Below, in pieces: positions 16,787 to 31,658 of a stretch of 64,000 nt of DNA. This DNA comes from the human T2T-CHM13v2.0 reference genome, Homo sapiens. The translations under genes and the position numbers were made by a program. Below the pieces are notes generated by a model, which saw only the letters and a program-made list of their open reading frames with translations, ran no database searches and was not told the DNA's origin. Position 1 is the stretch's first letter; each line of letters opens with the position of its first letter. The stretch is from assembly GCF_009914755.1 (NCBI RefSeq), contig NC_060930.1; one strand, 5' to 3'.

Positions 16787-17120
16787 GGCCAGGCGTGGTG
16801 GCTCATGCCTGTAATCCCAGCACTTTGGGAGGCTGAGGTGGATGGATCATGAGGTCAGGAGTTCAAGATCAGCCTGGCCAAGATGGTGAAATCCTGCCTC
16901 TACTAAAAATACAAAAAATTAGCCAGCCTGGTGTTGGGCGCCTGTAATCCCAGCTACTCGGGAGGCTGAGGCAGAGAATTGCTTGAACCAGGGAGGTGGA
17001 GGTTGCAGTGAGCTGAGATCGTGAAACTGCATTCCAGCCTGGGTGACAGAGCAAAACTCCATCTCAAAAAAGAAAGAAAGGAAGGAAGGAAGGAAGGAAG
17101 GAAGGAAAGAAAGAAAATAA
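16787..17120 (+). mobile_element. AluS (Sg/Sc-type) with (GAAG)n tail microsatellite
   Basis: Full dimer; ggatcatgaggtcagg; tail expanded to gaaggaag repeats at ~17071-17113; TSD ends aacata. Confidence 0.92.
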
Positions 17121-17235
17121 CATATATTCTTTAATTCTCAAATATTGTACATAGCTCCAAAATATTATTATACAAAATAAATTTTTAGACTATATCAAGG
17201 GCTCCATACTAATAATCAACAATAAGATCATCTGT

Positions 17236-17389
17236 GTTTGAATACCTTATCTTTTACAAGAAATTATTTCTATAATTCTTCTTTATTAAAATGATTAATC
17301 ACAAGTACTAAGGTAGTTTGAATACCTTATCTTTTACAAGAAATTATTTATATAATTCTTTATTAAAATGATTAATCACAAGTACTAAG
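17236..17389. repeat. Tandem duplication of ~77 bp unique sequence
   Basis: Copy 1 17236-17312, spacer gta, copy 2 17316-17389; one substitution and one 3-bp indel. Confidence 0.95.
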
Positions 17390-19588
17390 AATACACATAG
17401 AAAAATTGGTCATTCGCCTTTTATTATGCTGCCTCTGTTTTATGTCAGCCATGTACCCAGTTGTTGGCATTAACTGATGCAAGACAGTAGGTCTCGGTTC
17501 AAACAGTCTCAGTGCTAACCTTTCAATGCAAATATTTTCTCACACCTTCTTTATCTTAAAATGAGAATTGCCTACTCATTTATTCAGAAAAAATTGATAT
17601 AATGCTTTAACTGTAATGCAAAGGATAAAATAATGTGATTTTTAATACTACAATATAGGGTTCAATACGTAAATGTTCAGTCTCAACTAACCTAGAGACG
17701 TACTCAAGTAACTAAATTGTTATGCTATTTTAAAATGAATAAATTCAAATTTAAGAGAAGTTAGAAGATGAGAAGCCATTCCATACAAGCAAACTTGTAA
17801 CTTAAAGCAAAACTATTGTTAAGATAAGTGATAATGGGTGGGTAGCAATTTTTATTATACATAATTTTCTGTACAAATGTCTAGGAGGATATTAGAATGT
17901 CTTGCAGAACTCTCAAAAATTCTTCCTTATGAAGGATTATTTTGTGTATGACTTTTAGCATCTTTCACCTTCCCCTACCCTTGCTTACTAATGCCTGTAA
18001 TTCTATCAAATCATCAAAACAGTTTTTTTAAAAAAAGAAAAGCTTCTTCAAATTTCTGAAAGGGTTATTCTGCTTTTGCTGAGATTCATTGATCTAAACT
18101 AGTCAAGGTTAATTTAATCCCTTATAAAGGGGAATTAAATCAAGCATCCCAGTCTAAATCCATGGGTATGTGAATTCTCATGCCACAAGGATGATGGTGC
18201 TGAGTCAGTGCTATCTTCAGAATTTTGTTAGCCTGCTCTCTCTTCTTCTGATTGGCCAGTATATGTAGCCTGGAACAAATGCAGACAGTTTGCTATCATT
18301 AATGAAGGCATTCTAAATTTGAAGCACATTCACATGATAACAGATTAAAAAATATTGCAAAAAAACCAGATATAAAGTCAAATATGCCTGATCTACCCTA
18401 CCTATAATAATCTTGATTCTTGAGAAAAAAATTCTTTATCATTTAAACTTGTTGGAGTTTGGTTTTCAGTCATTTTCAGTCATCCTCACTGATACTGAAA
18501 ATATTATTTTACAGTCCAAAATCATGGTTATTAACCAAGTTCAGATCACATTAATGATTTTTGGGTAAACTTCCGAGCTCATAATTGTCTACATCATCAT
18601 CTTATTGTTATCAACCCCTTATATCTAAAGAACAATCTATTCTTCTTATCAGTTATTCTTACCATATTAATTTGATGTGCCTTTTCCCATTTTATACTAA
18701 ATTAAAGTTGTTGGTAAAGTTTAGTGTTAATTCTTTATTAACAAATGCTGTCATTCTGGTAGTAATAGCGTATTATAGCTTCATAGTGCTTTATAGGTTA
18801 TAGATCACTTGAATATGCAGTAGCTCATTTAAACTTCATAAATTTTATATGTGGTATCATCTAATTATTAGTAACTAGAAACAGGGTCATAAAAGTTAAT
18901 TTTCTGGATCAATGTCACACTGCTGGATAAGAAGCAATTCTCCTGATTCTGAGTTCTGTAATCTTTCCACAGTTGCTCCACTGAGTCTGCTGTTCCTGTA
19001 GCTTTTTCCCCTAATGTGTTCCCTAAAGGGTATTAAAACCTGCTTGATATTTCATGCCCCTCTTCCAGAGATCTTTTAAGTGAGCTGATTGGCTTTAACA
19101 ACATTTCTTTCCCCATTATCTTTAGTAATCCATCTATATTGTTCTATCATGCTACTTTTGCCTTCCATCTGAGGGAAAGAGCTTACACAGAAGATTTGCA
19201 CTAAGATATGTGGAAAAACAAGATGCCTAGTGAGCTATTCCTTATTGATCAACTTTTTTTCTTATAATCATAATTTCTCCATCAGTAATATAATTTTAGC
19301 ACTTCATATTCTACTTCTTTTTCAACACATGAAACACCTCCTAACAGAAGTAGATGATATGGATATTTAATGTTTGGCAAAAGAAGAAATAAGCAATAAA
19401 CAAAAAGGCAAATCTATTCCCATGACTCAGTTTTTTAAGCTGCAGATTAAAAAGGTTAAACTACATTATTTTATAGCAATGTCATAGGTCTCTGGGGAAG
19501 ACCAATGGCTGTGATAAAGTATTATGTTTCTGAAGTTTGGAAATATATTTAGGCCAACCAATAATGCAATAATAAAAAGTGAAAATAA

Positions 19589-19913
<325 letters not shown>

Positions 19914-20824
19914 TCAAAATATTCTTAATTAAAGGTAAGACATTTTAAATAAGTTATTCTTAATTGAAATTCTTTTAAAAATCAACTTTTTATGAATAAA
20001 TGTATGTAACCATTAAGTGATTCAAGTTTAAAATTTTAAGGTGCTATTTGTTTACAGGAATTAGAGGGCCCCTTTTGGCATGCATACAGGACTTCACCAA
20101 TAGAATGATGTTAGTATTCAGAATATCTGACCACAAAATACCAAAGTGCATTTAATAACTCAAGATGAGTTCATTTGATATGAAAACTAATATCCAATGA
20201 ATAAGCTAAATTAAAATGTAACACCACTAAATATAAAAGGCTATGATATTAAACAGACACAATGCAAGAGTAAAATCAATAAGATAACATTGCAGTTGGT
20301 TAAACATGACTCAAAATCTCCTCAGAAGCTACAGAATACATTGCCCAAATCATCTATGACTACAATATTGTTATTCTGAGATCATAAATTAATAGTGTCA
20401 AAACCTATGTAAATGAAATTGGTGTCTGATGTCAAATGAGAATAGCAGTTTTAGATGCCAAATACATTTGTGTCATTTGTCAATGTTGTTGTTAGCTGTG
20501 TAAAACTAAAAAAAAAAGATTGACACTATCCTCAAGATAATTGCTTCAACTGTTAATATCAATCTAATTAGAAGTAAACAAGATCGAAGTAAGGCAATCA
20601 AAAGATACTGAATGACTGGGGCGCTGATATGAAGAAGAATGGCAAAGAGCCATCGGTGCAAATCACTGAATAGTCTAATAGTCTGATTAGTTAAAATGTG
20701 CAAACTGCAGAGGAGCCACAGCAAGCAATGAATAATAGAAACAACTTGTGTAGCTGGATCAAGAAAATATGAATGATCCCTGCTGAGTGTGTACCCAAGT
20801 ACCTTAGGAAGCAGCTTGTTATTT

Positions 20825-21050
20825 TAGAAAGAACATGGAATTTATAGTCACTAGTTATTAATATTGACATTTCCACCTACTACCTGTGTGACCTTGGAAA
20901 AATTATCTTACCTCCATAAGACACATTTTTATCAATTTTATACTGGACATAGTGATATCAGCTGTTCATAGGGTAACTCAGAAGAGATCACATATGTCAA
21001 AACAGTGTGAAATCTGTAAGGTGACACTCAAATGATGGTTTATTATTATT
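20825..21050 (+). mobile_element. MIR SINE
   Basis: Core-like tacctgtgtgaccttggaaaaattatcttacctcc...gttcatagggt...tattattatt. Confidence 0.65.
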
Positions 21051-22564
21051 TCTTTGCAAGTGTTCTACATGATTCAGACATTACCTTTGTCCTAACTAGG
21101 GGAAGTACAGCGTTGGAATCCTGTCAACCAGCATTGAAATCCCTACTCAGTTCTTTAGCCACTACGCAGCATACATGTCTTTCTTAGACAGAGAGGAACT
21201 CTGAGAACTATAAATCATTCTTCTATAATTTGATAATTACTGGACTTCTTCGTTGCTATAATAGAAAAATCAAGTAGCCATTTCTTCCACAATGCATAGA
21301 CATCATCTCTAGGTCAGTTAGTTCAGTGCATGTACTAATAATTATTGTGCCTTGTACAAGGGGCTAATTTAGAAAGGAGGGAATTAATTGTTTTTTGAAT
21401 GTTCCTTTTTTATGCCTCATCACGAATTCCTAAGGTTTAGGATTAATGTGTGTAAATTCCAAGCGTAAATAAACCATTGACAGCCTTAAAAACATAATTT
21501 AAAAACTTTTTTTCCTAAAACATGAATTGTGAAATGGCCAAATAAAACCCAATGTTTTCTTAATTCTACCATCAGGTTTACTTAATATTCGTTCTTTTTC
21601 TTTACCAATAATAACACTTTACTTATTCTTATGGTAAATTCCTAGTTTATTATGTAGAAGTACTTTATTTGATATTCTAGCATATATAATTTTTTCATTA
21701 AGTGACTCTTTTCATTAAGTGATTCTTTTTTACAATAGCAGTCCCTTCATGAAAATTGCTGTTGTGAATTATCCCATATAATGTGTTTCTATATTGAATT
21801 CAACTAAAGAAAATGTTGTCAATTTAATTAGTAGAAATAAACAACGAGGTCCCACCAATAAAATGATCCAAGAGATTAAATCCTGAGGGGAATAGGTAGC
21901 ATAAAAATTAATAACTATTTATATTCATTAACCAGAGGATTGTCTAAAAGTAATTGTTTAGAGATCATCTAGTAGACAAAAGAAAACTACATTTTAAAAA
22001 CAAAATGGTATATTTACCATTTGAATAAAAAATATTTCTCAAAAATAAAATTTATCTTTACTTCCCCTAACTCTCTAGGTCAAATTATTTTCAATCAACC
22101 GATATTTATGAACGCTTGTGTGTGGCAATAAATTAGAAATTTTAAAGACACACCTCTGCCTTCAGATAACTAATACTCTAACTAGAGAAGCATGACATAG
22201 ATGGATAATATCTTAAAAGTTAAGTACGTTCATAATAATGTAGTATCTTTGCACAGTGCTTAATCTCAAAACTCTCTGTGAATATAATTATTTTATTTGA
22301 CCATTGCAGTCTGCAATTATTACTAGATAAATGTTCAATACCAGTAAGGATATGCTATGATTCAGAAAAGAATCTCTTGCCAAATGAATGATATTGGCAA
22401 ATGGTGCTTTAAGCCAAAGGAAGGTATTAAAATGATAGTGTCTACCACAGAAATGAAGAAGCAACCTGTGTCAACTGGTTTTAGGGAAGATGAATTCACA
22501 TTTAGACATGATGAGATTGAGTTGACAATAGAACATATAATAGAAAACATGCAGCAGGTAATAC

Positions 22565-22766
22565 TATGCATTCATTTACAATAATATGGATGAACCCAAA
22601 GAACATATGTGAAATAAACCAAGAACAGAACGACAAATACCTCATGATCTCACTCATATGTGGAATCTAAAAAGTTAAACTCAGAGAAGTGGAGAGTAGA
22701 ATAGTGGTTAACAGGAGTTGAGGGAGGAGGTTGGGGAGATGTTGAACAAAAATACAAAATTTCAGT
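22565..22766 (+). mobile_element. L1MA 3'-end fragment
   Basis: gacaaatacctcatgatctcactcatatgtggaatctaaaaag...gagagtagaatagtggtta. Confidence 0.8.
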
Positions 22767-24076
22767 ATTAACTATTAATTTAATTAACTATTAATTTAAT
22801 TTAATTTAATTAATTTCAGAATTAACTCTGTCTCACAAAATTAGGTGAGACAAATGGTAAATTATTTATAAAAATTAGAAATGAGGAAGGATACAGGAAA
22901 GGGCCCATTTTCGGTGGCAGAGGACTGTTGCTTGATGAACACATTGATGGAGCTCATTCCCAGTTATATGAGCTTTTATTTGGACTTTCTTTAGAGTATT
23001 TCTTTCCTCCAAAATAACAACTGCAAAAAAAACAAGTATAGTGACAATAATAGTTTGATCTGATTATCAGTCTGAAAGCTGAATTTAGAGTACATGAGGA
23101 GTCTACTGTGAAAACCCCTAATTACCTTAAGCAACTATATTGACAAAAGAATCTATTATTTCATTTAGAATTCATCGAGTGCTCAAATCCTTTCAAAAAT
23201 ATTTTATTCACTGCAGCACTAGTGTTGTAGAAATTTTAGCATTTCCTCAAACATTGCTATATTCATCTTTAAACTTTTTAAAAACATTAATTGAATTTTA
23301 TATATAATGTGTATAAAACCTGCACATTATATGGTAGTCATATAATTTTTACTAATAAATTTAGTTTATTTAGTTTACACAAATACCTTCTGACAATACC
23401 ATTTTTTTTAAATTAACCAGCATTGAGGGTTACACTGGGCCTGAAGAGTACGATGGCTATTTAGTAAATCTATCCTTTTCTTTTGAAAGCTGAAAGGTGG
23501 ACAAAGAACTTGTATTTCATTTGTTGTTGTTGGAACTGTAGAGAACTATTCACAATCTTAGTTATACTTTCGTTTTCATTTCTGCTCATGTTTTTAAGTA
23601 AGAAAATAATATACATATATGGTTTTAGAATGATTGGTAAACATCTTTTGGTGTTTGGAGAAAAGACACAGAAAGCCCTAGACAACCTCTTTATTTCTAG
23701 GTAGAGAATAGCTCACTACAATGAAACAATAAGAAATTTCCTCAACCTCCAGCCTCCTAGGTTCTTTGAAATGTGTCGTATGTCAGCTAATGTGATGAAT
23801 AAAATGTACTTTTGACAAATGAGTAAATTTTTGCTATTAACAGCATCACAAACTTTAAAACGAGTGGTGATTTATTGGAAAATGGGTATATTTGTAAAAG
23901 CTGAGTATTGTTGGAGAAAGAATGGCAGAGTCAAAATCTGTAGGACCCCTACCAACTCTGTAGCACTGCGGTTTTAAAAAGTTACAGGACTTTTTAAATC
24001 TCTAAGATTCTTTGAATATGTAACAATTTAGTATTATTCTCTTGAGGAAACTCATTGAACTTTTTTGTTAGAATTA

Positions 24077-24436
24077 CAGTAGTCCCCCTTATCTAAGGTC
24101 TTGCTTTACTCAGTTTCAGTTACCTGCAGTCAACCACAGTCTAAAAATATTAAATGGAAAATTCCATGAATAAACAATTCATAAGTTTTAAATTGCTTGC
24201 CATTCCGAGTAGTGATGAAATCTCACGCCCTCCTGCTCTGTCCAGTCCAGGCCATGAATCACCTCTGTGTCCGGCATATCCATGTTGCAAATGCTACCAC
24301 ACTATTAGTCACTTAGTAGCCCTCTTTGTTATCAAATTTAAAAACACAGTGTATATATGGTTCGGTACTATCCGCAATTCCAGGCTTCCACTGGGAGGCT
24401 TGAAAGATATCCCCTAAGGAAAAGGGAAGATTATTG
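24077..24436 (+). mobile_element. MER44A-like (Tigger7-derived) DNA transposon
   Basis: TIRs cagtagtcccccttatc / ggaaaagggaagattattg, flanking TA duplication; internal aaatggaaaattcca...ttcggtactatccgc. Confidence 0.88.
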
Positions 24437-25634
24437 TACTTTTCACCTTTCTTTCACTCAATTTCCCTTAAACTGAAAAAGTTTATTTTATAGCTGTCTT
24501 TATGGTGAGAATTAAGTGAATTGTAATACATAAAGCATCTAAAATAGTGCCTGGCACACAGTAGGTACTATATTGGTGCTTATTTTCTGTATAAACTGTA
24601 CGAGAGGAGAGACTTTATTTTATATATCACCATGTTCCAAATCTAGAGCAGTACTTCTAGAAATACATGAATTGGGCCCAGAGAAGCTCATGCTTTCCTA
24701 TATTGGTTCATTCACAGGTGGCATCTTGATGCAGTGTATAAAATGGTCATCATTCAACTGAGTATTATTAAAGACTTTCTTACTTAACTATGAATTGCCC
24801 ATGAAATTATTTAAGTCACTTAGCAGGCCCAGGACTCAATTTACTTGTGTGTAAAATTAGTTGACTAAATTAGATAATCTGTAATGTCTCTTGCAGCTCT
24901 ACATTTGTTTTGAGATATAAATTGTATTTTCAGAGAAAATTTTTAGTGAGGACAGAGGACATACTAGAAATTTTGTCTTATAAATAAAGCTTCAGACTTA
25001 AAATATTTGTATCATGTCTGCCATCAGTTTTCCTGTGAGCTTAATATTGTCTGCAGGGTATTATTTCATCTTTAGGCCCTGATTGACAGATACTTCATTC
25101 TTTGATGTTGGCAAAGTCCAGGCAATTGCCATGAAAGAGTGACTAACTTTGGATGGGAGGAACTAACAATTATCTTTGTGTTTCTAGGTCTCTGTGGCCT
25201 TTTGATTCATCTTTAGTGACTCTGAATTTCCTGTGAGTTTTAATGGGTCGTAGCAAGATATTGGTGTCACATCCAAGGTGGCCTTAAGAATAACAAGCTG
25301 ATGGATTCTCAGAAGTGCAGTCACTCCTTAAATTCTTGGCACACTTGTGATTTCTGTTAAGAAGATTCTATTTTTCATTAAGATCCATTTTAATGTGTCT
25401 AAGAGCTTCAATGAGGGAGTAAAAATACAACTGAGAATCATGAGGAGACAAAAAAGAAAATAAAGGCGTCAAAATTTTTTTCTTTTAGCAATCTATTTGG
25501 AAAATCTTAAGCTAAAAAATCTATGTATAATTTAAACTCTGCACATCTATATACTCTTACATGAGTTTTTTTTAAATTCCAAAGTTGTGTCTAGCAATGA
25601 ATTAAAGAGAGAAAGATAACTTGTTAGCTCAGAG

Positions 25635-25842
25635 AAAGGGTCAGCAAACTATTTCCTGAGGGCCACATATAGCCCACCACTTGTTTTGGTAAATAAAGTT
25701 TTATTGAAATGCAGCCATGTATTGCCTGCAGCTGCTTTTGCCCACAAAAGCAGTGTTGAATAATTGTGACAGACTGTACAGCCAACAAAACCTGAAATAT
25801 TCTTTATCTGACCCTTACCAGAAAGAGTTTGTTGTCCATTGG
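25635..25842 (+). mobile_element. MER58A-like hAT-Charlie
   Basis: gggtcagcaaact...aaataaagttttattg...cctgaaatatt...gaaagagtttg. Confidence 0.8.
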
Positions 25843-26516
25843 CTCAGAACATTGCTTTTGTTTTATAGCATGAGCTTGGAGGGCTTAGTGCTACATCCAG
25901 ATACATGCAAAATTCCAAGGAATCTTATTTTTTCCAAGGCTGCTAAAATTATTAATAAAATTATTGTTAATTATTAGTGAAGAAACTCTAACCTTTTCTA
26001 TTTTAATTATAATGTAGAAATAAAATATAGTAGAATTTTTTTGTATCAAATAGGACATTAATTAAGATATTAATGAGTTATTCAAAATCCCTAAAAAAAG
26101 GCGTAAGATGGTATTTTAAAGTATTAATGGATTGCTTTTCTCTAATATTTGTTTTCCTTCCATGGCCTTTTCTGGTACTCAGTCTACCAAGGTATTCTAT
26201 AATTCTGCATATTTGCTTTATTCTTTGACCTTCCAAAGAAGTTTCAATCCTCCTATATTTTATATCATAAAGGTATCACTTTTTCCCACTCAAGAGAGAA
26301 AGCTCTTGTTCGCTCTTCATTAACTCCCTCTCATTTTTGCCTGTTGGTTTCCATCAAATTCATTTCTCCACCCTTTTACTCTCTTTGTTTTGGTCAGGTC
26401 TCCAGGCTAGTCTCGGGGTAAATCTTCTCCAAAGTTGCTAAAATTTTCTTCCTAAAGCTTAGATCTGATCATTAATTGTCTATTTAGAAATATCAATGGT
26501 TCCTCGATGGTTATAA

Positions 26517-26833
<317 letters not shown>

Positions 26834-28627
26834 AAATCTATCCTTTTTATTGTGATTTTTTGTTTTAACTTCAATAACTGGATCTCTGTCTGAAATGTTA
26901 TTTCCTTTTTCTTGGCCCTATTAATTTCTTCTTATAACACATGTCAGGCATCAGTTTTCCTTGGGAATTTTTTTCCGGTCACTTGTCCTCATCTAAACCT
27001 GCATTAGGCATCCTTATTTTCTATTCTCCTATAACACTTCACACACCCCCTGCTTATGCAGCCCGTTGCTGTGGGAGCACTCTAAGCTCCAGTGGAATAA
27101 CAGCAGGAAACAAAGCACTCTCGGAACCAAATTTGTCATCTCATGGGGAGTCTCATGTGACAGTCAACAGACACAACTTGTGAGAAGTGTGAGAAATGTC
27201 CCTCAACTCCACAGTGTTTAGAGGAGAAGGTGGGAACAATAATCTGAAAGTTACTCAGAGACCAGATGCCAGGGACCTAAGTTTGAGTTTTGATGCTAAG
27301 GAGGTCATGGTCACCTTTATACCTACAAGTCGAAGGGGCCTAAGAACATTCAGTTTACATTTATATCCCACACTTCATACCTCATCTAAAAATGCTACAT
27401 TTAAATTAGCAATCTGGCTTCAAACTACCTTTCATCTTCACCTCCCATTCACCCCACCTTTTTTTCTCCCTGTGCCCTGACCATTCAAAATCACATTGAA
27501 TGACTTCCGTAATGCACAATTTCATGCCTCTGTGCTTTTGGTCCAATCTAACCTCTCCTGTAATACTTGACTTCCATTTTTTTACCTCTCAAAACCTTAG
27601 TTGCTTTATAAAGCTTAAATAGTTCAAATGTCATTTATTCTCTTATTCTTGAAGAAAATGGCCTACTCCTCTGCATTTATTGGCCACTTAATCCTTTCCT
27701 GGACAAATCAATTAACAGGTAGTATTTTAAATCATTATAGTCTCATTTTAAATCATCATAAGTAACACATCACATGATGATGTGTTACAGATATTACCCC
27801 AGTGACTGGCACAGTGCTTGATATGTAATATAAGCTCAATAAATAATATATTATGTTATGTTATTAAACTGAACTCTACTAAGTGTAACTTAGTACTCAC
27901 ACAGCACTTATAGGTAGTGTCATTTTTCCCAACTACTTCAAGTCATTTTTGTTGCTTTGTTTTGTTATTTTTTAACTGGAGAGATTGTAAATTTGCTGTA
28001 GTTTTCCTGTATGTACTCTTCAATTTCCTATCATAGTTTTTCTGTGCATTATCTTTCAAATGAATCACAACATAGCAGCCCTGACAATATAGCAGTCCTC
28101 TGAGTGACTGAGACCAAATGGGTGTTTTCATGTGCTCACAGAGAAGTGCTTCGCTTTGGCTTACTACCGACAGTAAACTCATTCAACGCTTTTGTAAAAG
28201 GTACTCAAGTTTTATATCTCGGTAAGTTATTTTCCTTTCAGAAATATTTATTATAAGTGCCCAAAATATTAGTGGATGCTGTATATGGCTTAATTAATAT
28301 CATTTTATAAGCTGCTTATTTTCAGCAGGAAATAATGTTGGTGATATTTAACTGATTTTAAGTTCCTAATACAAAGCATATTCTCACAAGTCTAGTGAGA
28401 AAAAAAAAAAAATTGGACGTGATCTTACCAAGCATCCTTCTTTCTGGATAGTTGTGGCATAGAAGTTGTACCTGCTATCTAAATTCACCTTGTTTTTCTA
28501 ATGATTTATTGCTTGTGTGTTATGTCTGTAATTAAAGCTTGAGATGACCTTCTCTACAAAGCAGCTCCATGTGATTGCCAAATGAAATGCAGTGCAGATT
28601 AACAAGATTAGTTCTGAATTCTCTAGC

Positions 28628-29044
28628 TGATATAGATTGGATATTTATTCCTCCAAATTTCATGTCGAAATTAGATCTTCAGTGTTGGAAGTGGGGCCTA
28701 GTGGGAGGTGTTTGGATCATGAGGGTGGATCCCTTATTAGTAGTTTGGTGCCATACTTGCAGCAATGAGTGAGTTCTCACTCTATTAGTTCTCTCCAGCT
28801 GGTTGTTAGAAAAAGAGCCTGGCACATTCCTCCTCTCTTGCTTTCTTCCTCTCTCACCATGTGATGCCTGCTCCCCTTCACCTTCCACAATGAGTGGAAG
28901 CTCCTTGAAGCTCTCACCAGAAGCAGACACTAGCACAATGCTTCTTGTATAGCCTGCAGAACCGTGAGCCAAATAAACTTCTTTTCTTTATAAATTATCC
29001 AGCCTCCAATATTCCTTTATGGCAACACAAAATGGACTAAAACA
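28628..29044 (+). mobile_element. ERVL-MaLR solo LTR (MSTB-like)
   Basis: tgatatagattggatat...gggaggtgtttggatcatg...cagaaccgtgagccaaataaac...ggactaaaaca; near-TSD ctagc/ctggc. Confidence 0.92.
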
Positions 29045-29550
29045 CTGGCTTTCTTGTATCTGCCAAGACTGATTTTGACACGTATTCAATTTGCCTTTTA
29101 AAATTTGGGTCTTCCCTTTGTACATTTTCAATTTCAAAAAAAAAATTCACACAAATCTGTTAGAAATGAGCCTTTTTGAAGTTTCTGTTAACAGCTGCCA
29201 GGAGCAGCTGTGCCCATGGGCAAGTTAGAATATGCACATCACCTTGATTTCTTTTGACCTTGAAAGCTGACTTGGCTTTATAACTTTCAACAGTCACGAT
29301 CAGAGTTAAAATAGAATGGATCTAATTCAGTTTTTTAAATGTGAAATACCTCCATTCATTTTATCATTCACTCATTTATTCATTCACTTAGTATGTCTAT
29401 AAGATAGAATGATAACAAATGCCAACTATAAATATGGCATTAAGATAAATAAGAAAACAGTATCAGTTTGGGTGGTTGAAAAAGGGTAGGTTTCATTGAG
29501 GAGCTGAATCTTGAAAATTGGCCAATTTTCACCCATTCAAAAAAGGAAAG

Positions 29551-29672
29551 TTGGGCATGATCAGGTATGCCTATAGTCCCAGCTACTCAGGGGGCTGAGG
29601 CAGGAGGATAGCTTGAGTCCAGAAGGTGGAATCCAGCCGTGTAAACATAGTAAGGCCCCATCTCTAAAAGAA
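29551..29672 (+). mobile_element. FLAM-like Alu monomer
   Basis: gcctatagtcccagctactc...ggaggatagcttgagtccag; TSD aaaaaaggaaa on both sides. Confidence 0.8.
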
Positions 29673-30754
29673 AAAAGGAAATAATTGAACACTTATTTCA
29701 AGAAATATTTATACATGAGTAACAGGATGCCTCTTGTTGTATATATATGCCACTTTATTTTAAGCCACGACATTCATTTTACTATTTTTTTTTAGCTATA
29801 TGAGTATTCAAGACATTATTTTTCTTCTATAGAAACTGAAGTATCCCTTACATTGTTAATACATTATGATAAGAAGAAATGCTTTCTTTATATGGGCTTA
29901 CAAAGTGTTTAAGGAGTTCAATATTTTAGATTAAATTGCACATGTCCAGGAAGGGAATTTGACTTCAATATTGACAAAAGCTAAGTAACCATTTGCAGAC
30001 TTAATGAAGGGTGTTTTTGCCTGATGTAAATACTAAGATTGAGACTATCATGTTTAATAGGCATACAAGATTATAAATGATTTATTGGGAAATTAATGGA
30101 GGCAATTCCATAAAAACAACCATTTAATCTTGTGGACTTCAGCTATTCATGAAGTGAATTATTTCTGAATACACAACTTGAAAGGGGATACATTCGTTTG
30201 ACATGGAAACAAAACACACTAAAATGCAGAATACTTATTTTTCTAGTCTTATGCTAAAGGCTATAAAATGAGTAAAGATAGGGGAAAGCATCTCTTCTTC
30301 TGGGCTTTGTAGAATCCAGAGGGATCAGAGACAATGAATAATGATGTTTCAGGCATGACATTGTATGAACCATTATTAGAGAGATAAAAATATATACATT
30401 AATTAGGATAAAATAGGATCAATGTTATAATGGCAGTGCTAAATAGACAAAGGGAGTATTTAGACAAGTAAGGGGGAAAGAAAATTAGGACACACAAAGT
30501 GTGTGAATGAAAACCTGGAGTTCAAGCATAAGCATGATGTGTTTGAAAATCAGTAAAGAAGAGTTGGGTTTGAGCTGAACAATTATGCTGATGTGAACTA
30601 TACAGGACGATCAAGTTAGCTTAGGATGGTGTCAAACTATGGAACAAGTTTTTCTTACAGTTCTTAAAATCGATGATCAATTTTGAACAAGGGTGGTTAT
30701 ATGTGAAGATCACTTAGGGGAGTAGAAGTGTAGAGATTAAAATAAAATGGGAAA

Positions 30755-31315
30755 TGGGAAAATAAATAAAATGTATAAGCTGTTAGAACCCCAAAAAACA
30801 CTTTAAGCCTTGAGAGAGATGTGACTGTGATCTAAGTCGTGTAACAATTCTGCTTCTTAGATTATAGCTTAACTCTCTTTCTTATTGTTCTTGTTCTATA
30901 AATGACTAGGAAAGATGAGAGACCAGAACTCTCCCATTTCAACCACTGATCTTTGTTATAGATTAACAGCATCCTTTATTGTCCTGTAACTAACTCAAAG
31001 CAGATGGAACCCCAACAGGGACGCCATGAAAGTTACAACTTCAGTGTGGAATGTTAAATATACCTTTCCTGAAAGAAAAAGACCACCTTAACTAATCAAA
31101 TCATTGTAACTATGCACTAAGCCTTACATAGAAAGATGTTGAAATTCTGTTTAACTTCCTTAACTTTGTATAAATGATCCTAAACTTCTACACTTTGGAA
31201 CACTAACTTAAGTTCTTTGGAATCTGTGCTTCCCGGGCAGGTTGTCCTTAACTTTGTGCTTGAATAAACTGTCTTTAAACTAGATTCTGACATTTTTTAT
31301 TATTTTAGATTGACA
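30755..31315 (+). mobile_element. ERV1 solo LTR, MER4 group (LTR24-like)
   Basis: ctttaagccttgagagagatgtgactgtgatc...aataaac...tattttagattgaca terminus; start approximate. Confidence 0.72.
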
Positions 31316-31658
31316 GAAGGACATGTAAATAAAATACCAAGTTAGTACACAGTTATATACTCTAGGCAAGAAGTAAGGCTTTAGCTGTGGTAGTAAGCTG
31401 AAAGAAAGAAGAAAAAGTGCAAGGGAACAATTGATAATTTAGTGTAGATTGAACATGGAGAGTGAAAGAAAGCTGTTTCAAAAATGACTCTGAAATTTCA
31501 AGCTTGAGTAATTGGAAATAAAGAAAAAATATGAATAGAAATAAAAAAATCAAAAGTGGGGAATCTGGATTGGAGATAAAATGGTAAACTTGAATTTTCA
31601 GGTATCTCATTTGATATAATGGAGACACACTCAGGGAGTGATACTATGGAAAAAGCAT

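Noticed and set aside
17236-17389. Direct repeats as a CRISPR-like array
   Set aside because: Only two copies, no unique spacers, eukaryotic context
21692-21725. 17-bp tandem duplicate ttttcattaagtga(c/t)tc
   Set aside because: Ordinary slippage between T runs
28146-28160. gtgcttcgctttggc resembling the U6 snRNA 5' end
   Set aside because: Similarity stops after ~14 nt; no U6 body or TSD
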